From positions 1 through 64,000 of IMG/VR virus record IMGVR_UViG_3300010389_003143: a DNA stretch of 64,000 nt; one strand, 5' to 3'. The notes beneath the pieces are model-generated. The model saw nothing but the letters and a program-made list of their open reading frames with translations, did no database searches and was not told where the DNA came from. The position numbers were made by a program, and so were the translations under genes. Shown here one piece after another: positions 27,963 through 38,461 of this stretch; the first letter of the stretch is position 1; every line of letters starts with the position of its first letter. The DNA is from a virus.

Positions 27963-30900
27963 TTATTCTATGGGCCTGCCGTCAGAGAAGGCTGTACCCT
28001 CAATATCAACGCCAAGAATAATAACGGCCTGAGATGGAGCCCCCTGATTTGTTATGATTCCCCTAAAGTAAACTACATCACCTTCGTAGTAATTATCAAT
28101 AGGAATCGGCCCGAATGTAAGCTTTCTCGTTCGGTTATCATTGCCGCCACCCTGGGCTATTATATCCCCGATATTGCTTGCATTTTGAGTTTGCGAAAAT
28201 GGAGTTCCCGTATTTATAAGCTCCGTACTTGCGTAGGTACGCGCAATAGGCGCTATTCCTCCTGCTGGGTCTGCGACCAAAATACCGGTAACTTCCTTTG
28301 CGATGGCGTCGACCATAAATTCGCATGGTGCCGTCACCGCAGATGTTCCGCCGCCACCTCCTGATGCTTCTTTTGTGTAATAATATATGCTAACAAATAG
28401 GGGATATGCCGTACAGATTCCATTAGGGATAATGATCTGTGTATCGACGAATTTGGTTGTATTATCTAGGTCTGAGTTTTGAATTACATGCGTCCACGAG
28501 CCTGCGCCGGTACCAACTAAGGTTGTTGAGTTTGTTACAGATCCGCTCTCACTGAAAACATTCCCAACGGCTGATACGCTTCTCGTCCACTGTGCAAGCC
28601 CAAAAACGCTCCGGTACCCATTATCATTTAGGTTGGTCGAGGTACTTATAAGTTTTATCTGCTCAAACGTGGGCAAAGTAGTAACTGCAGTTACAATCCT
28701 TACTCTAGCCCATCTTCCGACGACGCCGTTAATCGTTGTTGAGGGCCATGCGGTGCCGTCGATCCCCATGATTATATTTTCTTCGCTCGATCCTCTTATA
28801 AAAACAGAGCTACTGTATCTGTAATTTTCCATCTTACTCAAAGCTTCAACAGAAACTTCAGTCCAGGTATTTGCTGCCGTCTGTATTTCAAATACATATT
28901 CTCCGCCCACCCCCGCAACATCTTGAGCTATTTCATATCCAAAGTACTTTAGATAATTGCCGGAAACATCCTGCCTTGACACGGTCCAAAGAATTGAGTG
29001 TCCTGCCGTGGACCCCTGGAATGTTGCGGTACTGCCCGATGTGCTAGATAGGGCTATGGTTTCGTCCACGAAATTCGCACCATTGCTAACAGGGCTTGCT
29101 GTATTATCCGTAGTAAGGAAGGTGGCCCCAAGGTTATACGGTCTTCCCGTACCGCTCCAGAAGTTTGATCCAAGCTCCGGGAAGCCTGCAACCAAATCTC
29201 CGCCGAGCAGGATAGACGCAGCTCTATTTGTTGCGGTTTCTTCTTGAAGATAATTTAAAGCAAAGTCAGAGGCAAGCGCTGCAAATGGAAAGTTGAATTT
29301 AGATTGCAAAGCAGCAGTAGACTGGACCGCAGTTCTTGTGCCAGCTGCGTTGAATCCGTCACAGCCTGGATTAATTACGAAATCAAAGAATTGGTCCTGC
29401 ACCTTTCCTGCGTACAGCCCAATAAAAGCGCCATCGCAATTTATTCTTACTGCGTTTTCTAAGTTGAAAAAGTTGACTCCATACACAAGTATCGTTGGAG
29501 CCAAAGTATTGAGGGTCGGAGAGTTCGTTGCATCCGCGTCTAAACCGTAAACAACGTTTGAATTTCCAACGTTCATGTCGGCAAGCTGAAGTCTTCCCGA
29601 GTCGAAACCTCTCGCCGCCGCATTAATAGAGCCGGCCGATGGTGGAAAATGCAAGCTTTCCAAAGCTATGGTTCCACCGTCTGATTGCATCCCCGCATCA
29701 AAGCCGCCCAAGTCCCATCGTATTTCTGCTCCGATTATCTTTCCTGGACCGTCCTTGTAAATGCCTCTTGCAGCCCCTGATACGCCATCTCCAAGGAATC
29801 TTAGATTGTAAATTCCTCCGGTATCTGTTGCGGCAACTCCAGTAAAGCTTATTCCATCATGGGCGGCAGTTGCAAGCTGAATAGTTAAATCTGTTATTGT
29901 AACATCAGTGGCGATAGTAAATACATCAGATGTTGCCGCAGTGCTTCCGACCGTAACCGTCTGCCAAGAGCCCTCCCCTCTAACGGTACGGTTTGCCGGA
30001 ACTGTAATTCCCCATTCTGCATAAGTTCCGGGGCGGATCATGATTGTATCGCCAGCTGCTGAGGCAGAAATTGCAGCCGCAATGGTTAAGAACGGCTTGT
30101 CAGTTCTGTAGGCAGCGCCTGTTCCGTCATCTCCTTCAACTGCGTCGACATAAACCACTCCGTTAACTTGGTTAATAGCAACGAAGCCATCGTCAACAAA
30201 CCTTTTTGTGACTAGAGACTCGTCTATAAAAGTTGAGCTGTAGTCTGCCGCATATTTCAGACCCTCTCCGACGGCGGAGTCTGTTATTATGGCGCTAGTT
30301 GTAAAATCTAGTCCAAAAGTATCTGATGATACACTTATGCCGTCAGCTGATATGGCTATATTTCCGGAGCCAGCGCCAGCATTTGATGCAGAGATTGTCA
30401 AAGTTTTGTTTGCAGCGTCATTAGCCTGCATATCGATAAGGAAGGTATCTCTTCCTTGTGCCGTAACTGTGCCTGAGCTGAAGACGGAAAAAGAGCTTAC
30501 TTCTGTTGTGCTCCCTATTGTTACAAAATCACTTCCCTGAATATTTAGTCCGCCACTGTTTAGTGCAAAGCCGATATTTGTAGAGCCTGCAGTTACAATT
30601 ATATTTCCAAGGTCATAGGCGGTCTGAAGACTTCTGGCTACGGTGGTAGCGTTTGCCAATGAAGCTGGAACTACGGCCAGGCTGGTGCTAACTCCCGCAT
30701 TAACCTCAGCCTGAGTAGCTATCTCAATAAGCCCCTGACCAGATGTGCTTGCAGAATTTATATCTAGCCTTAAATCTTCATCAGCTCCATCATTAATCTC
30801 GGTAAATGCAACTCCGGCTGTGGCCGTAATAATCTTGTCGAATAAATATCCTGCCGTAGTATCATTTGCAGATACTTTTACTTGCTCACCAGATGAGGCA

Positions 30901-31313
30901 GCCCACTGCGGGTCAGCTCCTGCGCCCTGCGTTTGGAGAAATTGTCCAGAAGTTCCGGCAGGAAGGCGATTCCAATTAGAACCATCGAAATAAATGACAT
31001 CGCCCTGTACACCTGTTATTTCTGCTGCAGCACCAAGGTTGTCGAATATAGCAATGCTGCCAGCTGTGCCAGTATGAGCGCTAACCGTCCAGCCCAAATT
31101 GGTCAGAGAGGCGTGATTTAGAGTGCCTCCAGCAGCAGCAAGAGCCCATACGGTCCCTCCTTGACCTATATAAAGGTTGCCAAGTGCATCTAAAAACAAG
31201 CTTCCAGCATTTGCGGAGATGATCCCATTCGGATTGCCGCTGCCAGTTAATATTTCGGTTGAATTGCTATTGTTATCTAGCGTTACTTTGTTTATGCTGA
31301 AGTTTGTTGCCAT
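27963..31313 (-). CDS. Long fibre/spike with parallel beta-helix (pectin-lyase-like) region
   Basis: VYVDAVEGDD..PFLTIAAAI..GDTIMIRPGTY; fibre motifs GLIEIATQAEV, AGTSGQFLQTQG. Confidence 0.72.
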   Translation of the reverse strand: MATNFSINKVTLDNNSNSTEILTGSGNPNGIISANAGSLFLDALGNLYIGQGGTVWALAAAGGTLNHASLTNLGWTVSAHTGTAGSIAIFDNLGAAAEITGVQGDVIYFDGSNWNRLPAGTSGQFLQTQGAGADPQWAASSGEQVKVSANDTTAGYLFDKIITATAGVAFTEINDGADEDLRLDINSASTSGQGLIEIATQAEVNAGVSTSLAVVPASLANATTVARSLQTAYDLGNIIVTAGSTNIGFALNSGGLNIQGSDFVTIGSTTEVSSFSVFSSGTVTAQGRDTFLIDMQANDAANKTLTISASNAGAGSGNIAISADGISVSSDTFGLDFTTSAIITDSAVGEGLKYAADYSSTFIDESLVTKRFVDDGFVAINQVNGVVYVDAVEGDDGTGAAYRTDKPFLTIAAAISASAAGDTIMIRPGTYAEWGITVPANRTVRGEGSWQTVTVGSTAATSDVFTIATDVTITDLTIQLATAAHDGISFTGVAATDTGGIYNLRFLGDGVSGAARGIYKDGPGKIIGAEIRWDLGGFDAGMQSDGGTIALESLHFPPSAGSINAAARGFDSGRLQLADMNVGNSNVVYGLDADATNSPTLNTLAPTILVYGVNFFNLENAVRINCDGAFIGLYAGKVQDQFFDFVINPGCDGFNAAGTRTAVQSTAALQSKFNFPFAALASDFALNYLQEETATNRAASILLGGDLVAGFPELGSNFWSGTGRPYNLGATFLTTDNTASPVSNGANFVDETIALSSTSGSTATFQGSTAGHSILWTVSRQDVSGNYLKYFGYEIAQDVAGVGGEYVFEIQTAANTWTEVSVEALSKMENYRYSSSVFIRGSSEENIIMGIDGTAWPSTTINGVVGRWARVRIVTAVTTLPTFEQIKLISTSTNLNDNGYRSVFGLAQWTRSVSAVGNVFSESGSVTNSTTLVGTGAGSWTHVIQNSDLDNTTKFVDTQIIIPNGICTAYPLFVSIYYYTKEASGGGGGTSAVTAPCEFMVDAIAKEVTGILVADPAGGIAPIARTYASTELINTGTPFSQTQNASNIGDIIAQGGGNDNRTRKLTFGPIPIDNYYEGDVVYFRGIITNQGAPSQAVIILGVDIEGTAFSDGRPIE

Positions 31314-31402
31314 AATCTAAACTTAAAAAATAATAGTTTTATTTTTCTCCAAAAAGATGATTGGGCAAAAAACAAATTGCTTTTTGCATCATGCAAATAA
31401 AC

Positions 31403-32272
31403 CTAAATTCTTCTTAGAGCACGACCGGCAAATACAGAGCTTGTAGGAGTACCGGTCTCAGCCCAAATCAAAACAAGCATGTGCTGGCCAGAAACCGGAG
31501 CCCTTATCGCAAAGGAAGCTGGAAGCGATGCGAGATAAGTTGATGCATCCAAACTTACGGTATAATTATCGACCGTAGCAACCCCGCCAGTTATGCTTTC
31601 TGCAAGAAGAAAATTCCAGTCCTGTGGGCTGGCCGCATAAGTTCCGGGGCTGGCTAACAGGGAATAAAGAACTTGGGCCCTAATCTCCGTTATCGGTCCT
31701 GTCCCAAGGTTTGATACAGTAAAAGAAAAATCTATCTCTCTAAAATCTGAAACGGATATAGAGTCTGTCTCCACCTTTGACCCGCTAGTGCCAAAAGCTG
31801 TTGGCGTTTGAATGGTGGTCGGAGATGTATCTGAAGTCATTGGTGTTAGCTCCTCTAAATTAAGTGGAAAAGTTAAAACTAATAATGATGTGGCCGAAAG
31901 AGCGACCCCAACAAAGTAAGCATCCGTGCTAGGCTGGGTTGAGGCCAGTGTGTTCCCGGTTGTTCCAACATCTGATAGCCAGTACTTTGCGCCACGAGTC
32001 AAGCCGGATAGTCCGGTTACGATACCTCCAGAATGACATACAATGCAGTTTGTGGTATCTACAACTTCGGATACCACACCAATCGGGGGATTAGAGGATG
32101 CGGTGCTCGACGCCGAAATAACAACCTTATCATCTACTGAGCCGTCCTGATAAACAACATCCCCAACCCCAACTGCGCTAGCATCATTGGTGTAAGAGTG
32201 GAGGTTATCCTCTAATGATTTTACGGTTGTTACCCCAGCGGTTAAGCCAAGTACTTTATCCTCTCCTGACAT
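31403..32272 (-). CDS. Virion decoration/fibre protein with N-terminal capsid-cement-like domain
   Basis: GDVVY..PPIGVV..LSGLTRGAKYWLS..VGVALSATSLL. Confidence 0.6.
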   Translation of the reverse strand: MSGEDKVLGLTAGVTTVKSLEDNLHSYTNDASAVGVGDVVYQDGSVDDKVVISASSTASSNPPIGVVSEVVDTTNCIVCHSGGIVTGLSGLTRGAKYWLSDVGTTGNTLASTQPSTDAYFVGVALSATSLLVLTFPLNLEELTPMTSDTSPTTIQTPTAFGTSGSKVETDSISVSDFREIDFSFTVSNLGTGPITEIRAQVLYSLLASPGTYAASPQDWNFLLAESITGGVATVDNYTVSLDASTYLASLPASFAIRAPVSGQHMLVLIWAETGTPTSSVFAGRALRRI

Positions 32273-32291
32273 TTTTAGGACTCCTAAATAA

Positions 32292-33872
32292 TTACGGGTT
32301 CAGAGCAATAAACTGTGGCTGGAAAAGAATCGTTGTGGAAGTTATTGCATAACCAACTCTAAAGATTGTTGTTCCAGTTCCGCTTGGGGCAGTGGTAGTT
32401 AGCTCGCCGGCCGTCTCCGAAAGATAAACGACATCTCCTGCGGCGCTAAAGCCAGTGATAGTCGCCGTTGTTATTGTTGCGCCAGGGGTAGCATTCATAT
32501 TGACCGTATTGGTTGCAGCTGCAGTATTTGCGGCGAATCCAACAACAAAATCTTTGCCGTCAGCAGTCGTTGCATCTGCCAGGCCGACCTCTGTTCCGGA
32601 AGCTAGATATAGTGCGTCACCTGCGGTTACGCCGCCTGTCTCCGCGACGAACTGGCTGTTGACCACCTCGCCGTGGGTGTGAAGTGAGTCTGCATTACTT
32701 CCGTCCAGAAGAGTGTCTACATTTGCAGCAGTAAAGTTAGCCGTAGTTAGCGCCGTTGTACCAATCTTAAAGCTAGTGCCAGCAGGAACATCGAGCGTTC
32801 CTGATGAAGCCACTATATCGACGGTCGCTGAGCCGACGGTGACCGTTCTGGTTCCGCCGGTACCTATGTTTATGGCTCCGTTACTAGCGAGATTGCCTAT
32901 ATTGATATCACCGTTAGAGCTGTTAATAGACACATTGCCGCTGGCTCCGGTTGCTCCAATGAGCAGGTTGCTTGCAGAGCCTAAGCTTAAGTTTCCAGAG
33001 GAAGTTGAAAAGTTTGAGGCACCTGCCGCATCAAGGCTGATGCCAGCACCAGTGCTGTCTATTGTGACAGCGCCCGTTGCATCAACATTGAATGTACCGG
33101 TACCAACTCCGAAGGCGGTTAAATCGGTGCCGCTTATTCCAAAGTCAGCTTGTCCGCCGCCATTTACAACAAAATTTCCAGAAGATAGCGTAAAAGCTAT
33201 ATCCGTAGTACTCGCCGTGGTTATGGTGGCGCCGACATCATATGCAGACTGTAGGGTTGAGCCGGCAGAGGTGGCCAAATCAGTGAAAGAAATTGTTCCA
33301 GTGTTATCCCCAGTTGCTGTCTCCAGACCTCCAGTTGACTTTGCCCTAAGATAAGTAACTGATACTTTAACGACAGTACCCTGTACAGTGCTATCGACAA
33401 CAAATGTGTTTTGAAGTCCGAGGTCGGTGTCGCTAAGGATAGCCCTGGTTGTAATCGTATAGACAGTAGGACCGCCACCAGTTCCATTAACCTCAAATAG
33501 CCCATTGTTCGCCGGATCCGCAGCGCCCTGAACCAAGATTATATCTCCGGCAGACAGCGAGCTGGGATCGACACTTACTCCAACTATATTTGCGTTAGAA
33601 AAAGCTCCAGTTGTTACTGGAAAGGTCGTTGCACCAGGGTCAATATTCCAGATTATGCCGCCGACCTTCGCCGTATCAGCAGTATACTCGGAGTTTAAGA
33701 ATATAAAGTCATCAGCAGTCTGAATTTCTGAGTTTATAGTTGTGGTGGTTCCATTTACAGTTAAGTTTCCGCCTACCGTAAAATCACCACCTATTTCGAT
33801 TATATCGCTAGCAGCTATTTTCGTGACGACGCCACTATTTAGAACTACCAGCTGATCTGTATAGGTTGCCAT
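32292..33872 (-). CDS. Head/tail fibre protein with C-terminal capsid-cement-like domain
   Basis: GNLTVNGTTTTINS; AGDALYL..VVGFA..GDVVYLS.TAGELTTTAPS..RVGYA. Confidence 0.65.
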   Translation of the reverse strand: MATYTDQLVVLNSGVVTKIAASDIIEIGGDFTVGGNLTVNGTTTTINSEIQTADDFIFLNSEYTADTAKVGGIIWNIDPGATTFPVTTGAFSNANIVGVSVDPSSLSAGDIILVQGAADPANNGLFEVNGTGGGPTVYTITTRAILSDTDLGLQNTFVVDSTVQGTVVKVSVTYLRAKSTGGLETATGDNTGTISFTDLATSAGSTLQSAYDVGATITTASTTDIAFTLSSGNFVVNGGGQADFGISGTDLTAFGVGTGTFNVDATGAVTIDSTGAGISLDAAGASNFSTSSGNLSLGSASNLLIGATGASGNVSINSSNGDINIGNLASNGAINIGTGGTRTVTVGSATVDIVASSGTLDVPAGTSFKIGTTALTTANFTAANVDTLLDGSNADSLHTHGEVVNSQFVAETGGVTAGDALYLASGTEVGLADATTADGKDFVVGFAANTAAATNTVNMNATPGATITTATITGFSAAGDVVYLSETAGELTTTAPSGTGTTIFRVGYAITSTTILFQPQFIALNP

Positions 33873-33882
33873 TTAATTATTC

Positions 33883-34908
33883 CTAAGAGTTGTAGCCAAC
33901 TAGATTCGGCTGAAATATAACTTCAGGTACAGACGTAACTCCATCAGCTCCCTGCAGTATTCCTACCACAAATATTGCTGTTCCTGAAGCGCCAGGTGGA
34001 GTCAGGGTGCCGAGCCCAGGGCTTGTAGATAGATATACCGCGCCACCGTTACTTGAAGCTAGAGGTGGTGAGGAAAACTTAACTGGAATTAACCTTCCGG
34101 GTATAGAGTTTATATCGGAAGTGTTACCAACTGAATAACTGGAAAAAGAAGAACCGATTATTCTTGGTTCATTACCTGGAGTCGAAGTAGCAGATCCAAG
34201 CTCAACATTGCCAGAAGAATTTATAATCAGAAGGTCCCCTTCTGAAAGATTATCATCAGTAGTTAAGGATAGAGAGCTTAAGGACCCAGACCCCTTTGCT
34301 ACCACATCCCATGACGTACCGCCCTGTCCAATATAAAGATCTCCGCCAGAGTCAAGATAGAGACTGCCAGAAACAGCAGAAACAACGCCATTTGGATCGC
34401 CGGAATCTACGGTTATATCAGCATTAATTGACCCAGTATTTAAGTTTACTTTGGAGGCAATAACATTTAAACTTCCTGATTCAGATATCAGCTCTATACT
34501 TGAAGATACCGCCGATCTAATGGTTGCGCTAGATTCGGCTAGAATTTCGTCTCCAGAGGAAATAAAAATGTTGCTTCCACCAGTCTCATTCCCAGCAACC
34601 AGTACCGTTTGGAGGTCTGAAGGGAAGTCTGCAAGAATTGCCTCGATAGCCGCAACATCCGACTCGACCACCTCTAATCTTTCTGTTATTTCTTTTAGGC
34701 CGTTTGATGATATATTTATATTATCTAATCTTTCGGCAACCGTATCAAAATCTCCCTGCGGAAAAATCCCCAGAGCTGTTTCGATATTTATTATAGCACT
34801 ACGTATCCTGTTCAGCCCCTCTGCGCTGACGGGAGTTATATTGTCCACAAACAGCGGGAGCTGGGCAAAGCCATCAATTGCCTTGGGGTATATGCTATAA
34901 TCTGACAT
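33883..34908 (-). CDS. Fibre protein with coiled coil and C-terminal cement-like domain
   Basis: AIINIETALG attachment motif; GGAVYLSTSPGLGTLTPP..VVGIL. Confidence 0.62.
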   Translation of the reverse strand: MSDYSIYPKAIDGFAQLPLFVDNITPVSAEGLNRIRSAIINIETALGIFPQGDFDTVAERLDNINISSNGLKEITERLEVVESDVAAIEAILADFPSDLQTVLVAGNETGGSNIFISSGDEILAESSATIRSAVSSSIELISESGSLNVIASKVNLNTGSINADITVDSGDPNGVVSAVSGSLYLDSGGDLYIGQGGTSWDVVAKGSGSLSSLSLTTDDNLSEGDLLIINSSGNVELGSATSTPGNEPRIIGSSFSSYSVGNTSDINSIPGRLIPVKFSSPPLASSNGGAVYLSTSPGLGTLTPPGASGTAIFVVGILQGADGVTSVPEVIFQPNLVGYNS

Positions 34909-34911
34909 TTA

Positions 34912-35070
34912 TTAACCTTTCGTTTTTTTGCTAATTCTATTAGATCTAGTCTTTCCCGGGATAGATATTAGCTTTGACACTCGGTTCTTTCTTACAACCT
35001 TCCCTTTAGTCGCAGAGTTAGTTCTTCTAGACGCAGTTCTTGTTCTTTTTTTATTACAGCCGCAACCCAT
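34912..35070 (-). CDS. 52-aa very basic MGCGC-type protein; not in the ORF track
   Basis: MGCGCNKKRTRTASRRTNSATKGKVVRKNRVSKLISIPGKTRSNRISKKTKG*; AGGAG RBS; TGCTAATA at 35094. Confidence 0.7.
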   Translation of the reverse strand: MGCGCNKKRTRTASRRTNSATKGKVVRKNRVSKLISIPGKTRSNRISKKTKG

Positions 35071-35232
35071 AACATCTCCTATTTGCCTGCAAATATTAGC
35101 AGATTAAATTATTCCATAATAATCAAAAATTTGAACTACTTTCCGCCGCAGACGCTTTTATTGAAAAAATAAGTTTAGTAATATATTTTATATTATATTA
35201 ATTTAACCCAATAAAATAGGGGCATTGTAAAT

Positions 35233-36006
35233 ATGAGAAAATTAATAAATTATTTATTTTATCTAGCAACGGTCATAGCGGTTGTCTTTATTGTAAAGAA
35301 TATTATTAATTTCTCTAAAAAAATAATCACTTTAAATGAAAGCCAGTACACTGCCGAGTTCAGAAAAGAGATAATGCTAGAGCCAGTTGTTAAGCTTACT
35401 CAAATATCATATGAAACAATCGAAGAAGATGGAGAAGCTCAGTCTGCTGAAAGTGTTACTTTTGCAACCGGATTTTCAGTAAAGTATGATCCAGAAGAGC
35501 ACAAAACAGTCATACTTACAAACGATCATTTTTGTAACACGATGCATGACGAAACACTGCTGATGGTTGAGCAGTATGATTTGCAAATTATTTTCTTATC
35601 TGACTCAGAGTCTAACAAGCTCATCCTATCATCAGAAGAAGGCCTCGATTTGTGCGCTATCGAGATATCTGCATACGTTAAGCCAGCAGAGCTTGCCGGA
35701 AGAGATTATTATACTGTGCCATTTCAGGAAATATTTATAATCGGCGGACCATCTGGATACTTCCCTATAATTGTTGATACTTATGCTTCCAGGATGATTG
35801 AAAGAAGCATAATCGCTATGGACGGAATGTATGATTTCGGTAATCCATTCCTGCTGATATCAGAGCAGGTTTTCCCGGGTCATAGCGGTAGCCCAATTTA
35901 CACAAAAGACGGAAAAGTAATTGGAATACTCTTTGGGGCCCTAAGAACTTACGGCGGACTAGCTGCAAGCAATAAAGATATTTATCTTTTCTTAGATTCT
36001 TTATGA
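35233..36006 (+). CDS. Membrane-anchored trypsin-like serine protease
   Basis: N-terminal TM helix; LTNDHFC, DLCAI, PGHSGSP. Confidence 0.82.
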   Translation: MRKLINYLFYLATVIAVVFIVKNIINFSKKIITLNESQYTAEFRKEIMLEPVVKLTQISYETIEEDGEAQSAESVTFATGFSVKYDPEEHKTVILTNDHFCNTMHDETLLMVEQYDLQIIFLSDSESNKLILSSEEGLDLCAIEISAYVKPAELAGRDYYTVPFQEIFIIGGPSGYFPIIVDTYASRMIERSIIAMDGMYDFGNPFLLISEQVFPGHSGSPIYTKDGKVIGILFGALRTYGGLAASNKDIYLFLDSL

Positions 36007-36542
36007 TTTCTTAGCTTATTTCTTAACTTCTTTATTTTCCCGGACTTTTTCCGTGCGTATAAAGAAAAGAATGCAACGTCTATCATTTTTCCGCTAAGAG
36101 CAGCCTTTAGTGTGTCATTTGCAAAGTTTGCGGCCTCTATAGCCTCAACCCCCATCTGATTTCTCTTTCCATCGGCGTTCTTTTGTGTGTATTTCTTGCT
36201 TATCTGCTCTACCTGCTCTGAGGAGACTCCGTACAAGATCATATTTGGCCTCAGCTTCTCAATAACATCGTCTAACTTTTTCTTTTCGTTCAAGGCATCT
36301 TGTATTTGAGAATTTTGATTGTTTGTGCAATCAAGCAGGCAGGTTTGACAGCTTTCCTTTAGCCCCAAGTTCCATAAATCACAAAGAAGAAATTGCCTCA
36401 CCTCTTTCGGCTCGCCCTTAAGCTCTTCTTTGCAGGAATAAAAAATATTATTATCAACGACAGTTGCAAATCCCTTGCAGTAACGGCTTTCTCGCAACTC
36501 TTTCGTCATTTTGCATGTTTTGGTGCAATCTATTTTTTTCAT
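35982..36542 (-). CDS. Cys-rich hypothetical protein
   Basis: CTKTC, CQTCLLDC clusters. Confidence 0.55.
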   Translation of the reverse strand: MKKIDCTKTCKMTKELRESRYCKGFATVVDNNIFYSCKEELKGEPKEVRQFLLCDLWNLGLKESCQTCLLDCTNNQNSQIQDALNEKKKLDDVIEKLRPNMILYGVSSEQVEQISKKYTQKNADGKRNQMGVEAIEAANFANDTLKAALSGKMIDVAFFSLYARKKSGKIKKLRNKLRNHKESKKR

Positions 36543-36573
36543 GAAAATTACCAGATATTAAATCTATCTTTTT

Positions 36574-36762
36574 TTAATCATCAGAGTTGCCCTTGTCTAT
36601 ATTATGATCAATTATAGCGACCCCTCTTTTCGGCCCCTCATCTTTCTCCGGTCGCTCATCAGCCTGTGAAGGCAAAGGAGGCTCTCTATAAAGAGGAAGG
36701 CGAATTCTTTCGGATTCGCGCCTTATTTTTCTTATTATTGGAATGATATATTTCTTCATCAA
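36574..36762 (-). CDS. Small hypothetical protein
   Basis: Overlaps the phoH stop. Confidence 0.5.
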   Translation of the reverse strand: MMKKYIIPIIRKIRRESERIRLPLYREPPLPSQADERPEKDEGPKRGVAIIDHNIDKGNSDD

Positions 36763-38054
36763 AGGATCCTGGCCGCATAATCTGCTAGAGGACTTCTCTC
36801 TCCCTTTAGAAGGGTTATATGTGAAGAAAGATCAAAATCCTTAAACTTTTCAACAATTGCTCCGAGCCCAGAGGTCGTTGAGTCAAGATGGGGCGCATCA
36901 ATTTGCTCAAGATCGCCCAGCATTATGAGCTTTGAATCTTCGCCCATTCTAGTTATAACGGCCTTCGCTTCGTTATAAGTAATATTCTGAGCCTCATCCA
37001 GTATCATGACGATATTTGGCAAGCTTCTTCCTCTAATATAAGATAGGGCCTCTATTTCTATGATTCCCTTTTCCATCATTATATCGAAATAATGAGAGCC
37101 ATTTTTAAATAAAAGCTTGAAATTATCAACCATTGGCTGAATCCACGGAGCCATCTTTTCATTCTTATCTCCCGGCAAGAAGCCAATGTCTGCGCTTAGA
37201 CTCTGGACGGGTCTCGATATAATAATTTTGTCATACCAGCCTTCATTTAGCATGTGGATTGCTGCGCATGTAGCCATAAGGGTCTTTCCGGACCCAGCCT
37301 TCCCGCTGATTGTTGTCATATGAACATCGCGATCTAGCAGAGTTTCTAGGGCAAACATTTGCTCCTTATTTCTTGGAACAATGCCCTGAACCTCAAAGCC
37401 TCTCTTGCTAGCATGGTTTAGCTTTTTTGCAAAACCATCCTTAAAACATGCAAGAGCACTTTTTTGACCGCCCTTTAGAACTAGGAATTCATTTGGCTGA
37501 TATAGGCCTTCGAGGGCAACCTTGCCATCGCAATAAAATTCATCAACCTTGTCTGGAGGCAGGTCAATAACGGAAACTCCAGTATAAGCACCCTTCCTAT
37601 TTACTACGGCCTTATTTTTGCTGTAGTTCTCTGCCGGTATGCCTAGCGAATCACATTTAACCCTTACATTAATATCTCTTGATATTAGAACTACTTCTTC
37701 TTCTGAAAATTCAGGTAATCTTGATAACTTTAGGGCTGTGGCAATAATTCTATTGTCAGCGTTATCATCAAGCATTGGGTCTAGGTCGCTTTTTTGCAGT
37801 TGAGTGTAAACTTGAATTTCTTGACCATTATCAAGAGTTACTCCGTCTGCAAGCGACCCTCTTTCCCTTAATTCATCCAAGAATCTATTGACATACCGAG
37901 CAGAGTTGCCGACAGAATCCGATCTTGTTTTCAGGTTATCTATTTCTTCCAGAACGACCATCGGTATAATGACCTTTTGATCAGCAAAAGCGTGTATTGA
38001 ATCTTCATGATGCACTAACACTGATGTATCTAAAACAAATGTTTTCTTTTTCAC
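36759..38054 (-). CDS. phoH: PIN-domain + PhoH ATPase (PhoH2/YlaK type)
   Basis: FVLDTSVL..DNRII..SRDINVRVK (PIN); GKAGSGKT, GFLPG, YIRGRSL, LDEAQN. Confidence 0.92.
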   Translation of the reverse strand: MKKKTFVLDTSVLVHHEDSIHAFADQKVIIPMVVLEEIDNLKTRSDSVGNSARYVNRFLDELRERGSLADGVTLDNGQEIQVYTQLQKSDLDPMLDDNADNRIIATALKLSRLPEFSEEEVVLISRDINVRVKCDSLGIPAENYSKNKAVVNRKGAYTGVSVIDLPPDKVDEFYCDGKVALEGLYQPNEFLVLKGGQKSALACFKDGFAKKLNHASKRGFEVQGIVPRNKEQMFALETLLDRDVHMTTISGKAGSGKTLMATCAAIHMLNEGWYDKIIISRPVQSLSADIGFLPGDKNEKMAPWIQPMVDNFKLLFKNGSHYFDIMMEKGIIEIEALSYIRGRSLPNIVMILDEAQNITYNEAKAVITRMGEDSKLIMLGDLEQIDAPHLDSTTSGLGAIVEKFKDFDLSSHITLLKGERSPLADYAARIL

Positions 38055-38066
38055 TTTCTCTCCGAT

Positions 38067-38399
38067 TTATTCGATCTGGTCTTCTTCAATTGTCCAATGC
38101 TCTATTTCGACCTCATAATAGAGCGAGCCGTCCTTATCTTTTTTGAGCGTAAGAATGGGCCCTGCCCATTCTCCAATTAGCTCGCCGTTAAACTTAACCT
38201 CTAGAGCCTCAATGCTCTTATGCTCTATAACTTCAATGTCGTTATCTAACATATAATCCAAGATTTCATCTCTCTCCATTTCATCCATAGCCTCGACATC
38301 CAGGCCAATAAACCAAAACAGATCGCGCAGCCATTCTTGTCGTATTTCTTTTACGTCCCTTGAGTAGCCTACGCGATCTGTTAAAATTTTTGTTATCAT
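38067..38399 (-). CDS. Hypothetical acidic protein
   Basis: ORF; GACTAATA element at 38417. Confidence 0.55.
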   Translation of the reverse strand: MITKILTDRVGYSRDVKEIRQEWLRDLFWFIGLDVEAMDEMERDEILDYMLDNDIEVIEHKSIEALEVKFNGELIGEWAGPILTLKKDKDGSLYYEVEIEHWTIEEDQIE

Positions 38400-38461
38400 T
38401 CTATATGATACCTAAATATTAGTCTCTATTTGCTTTTGTTTGCAATTTAAAAGATAAATTA

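Noticed and set aside
28138-34900. Long plus-strand ORFs opposite the fibre genes (e.g. 32713-33354, 34451-34900) and similar shadows elsewhere (1501-1878, 59095-59817, 60016-60537)
   Set aside because: Antisense shadows of Gly/Ala/Thr-rich or GC-rich genes, with no motifs or RBS.
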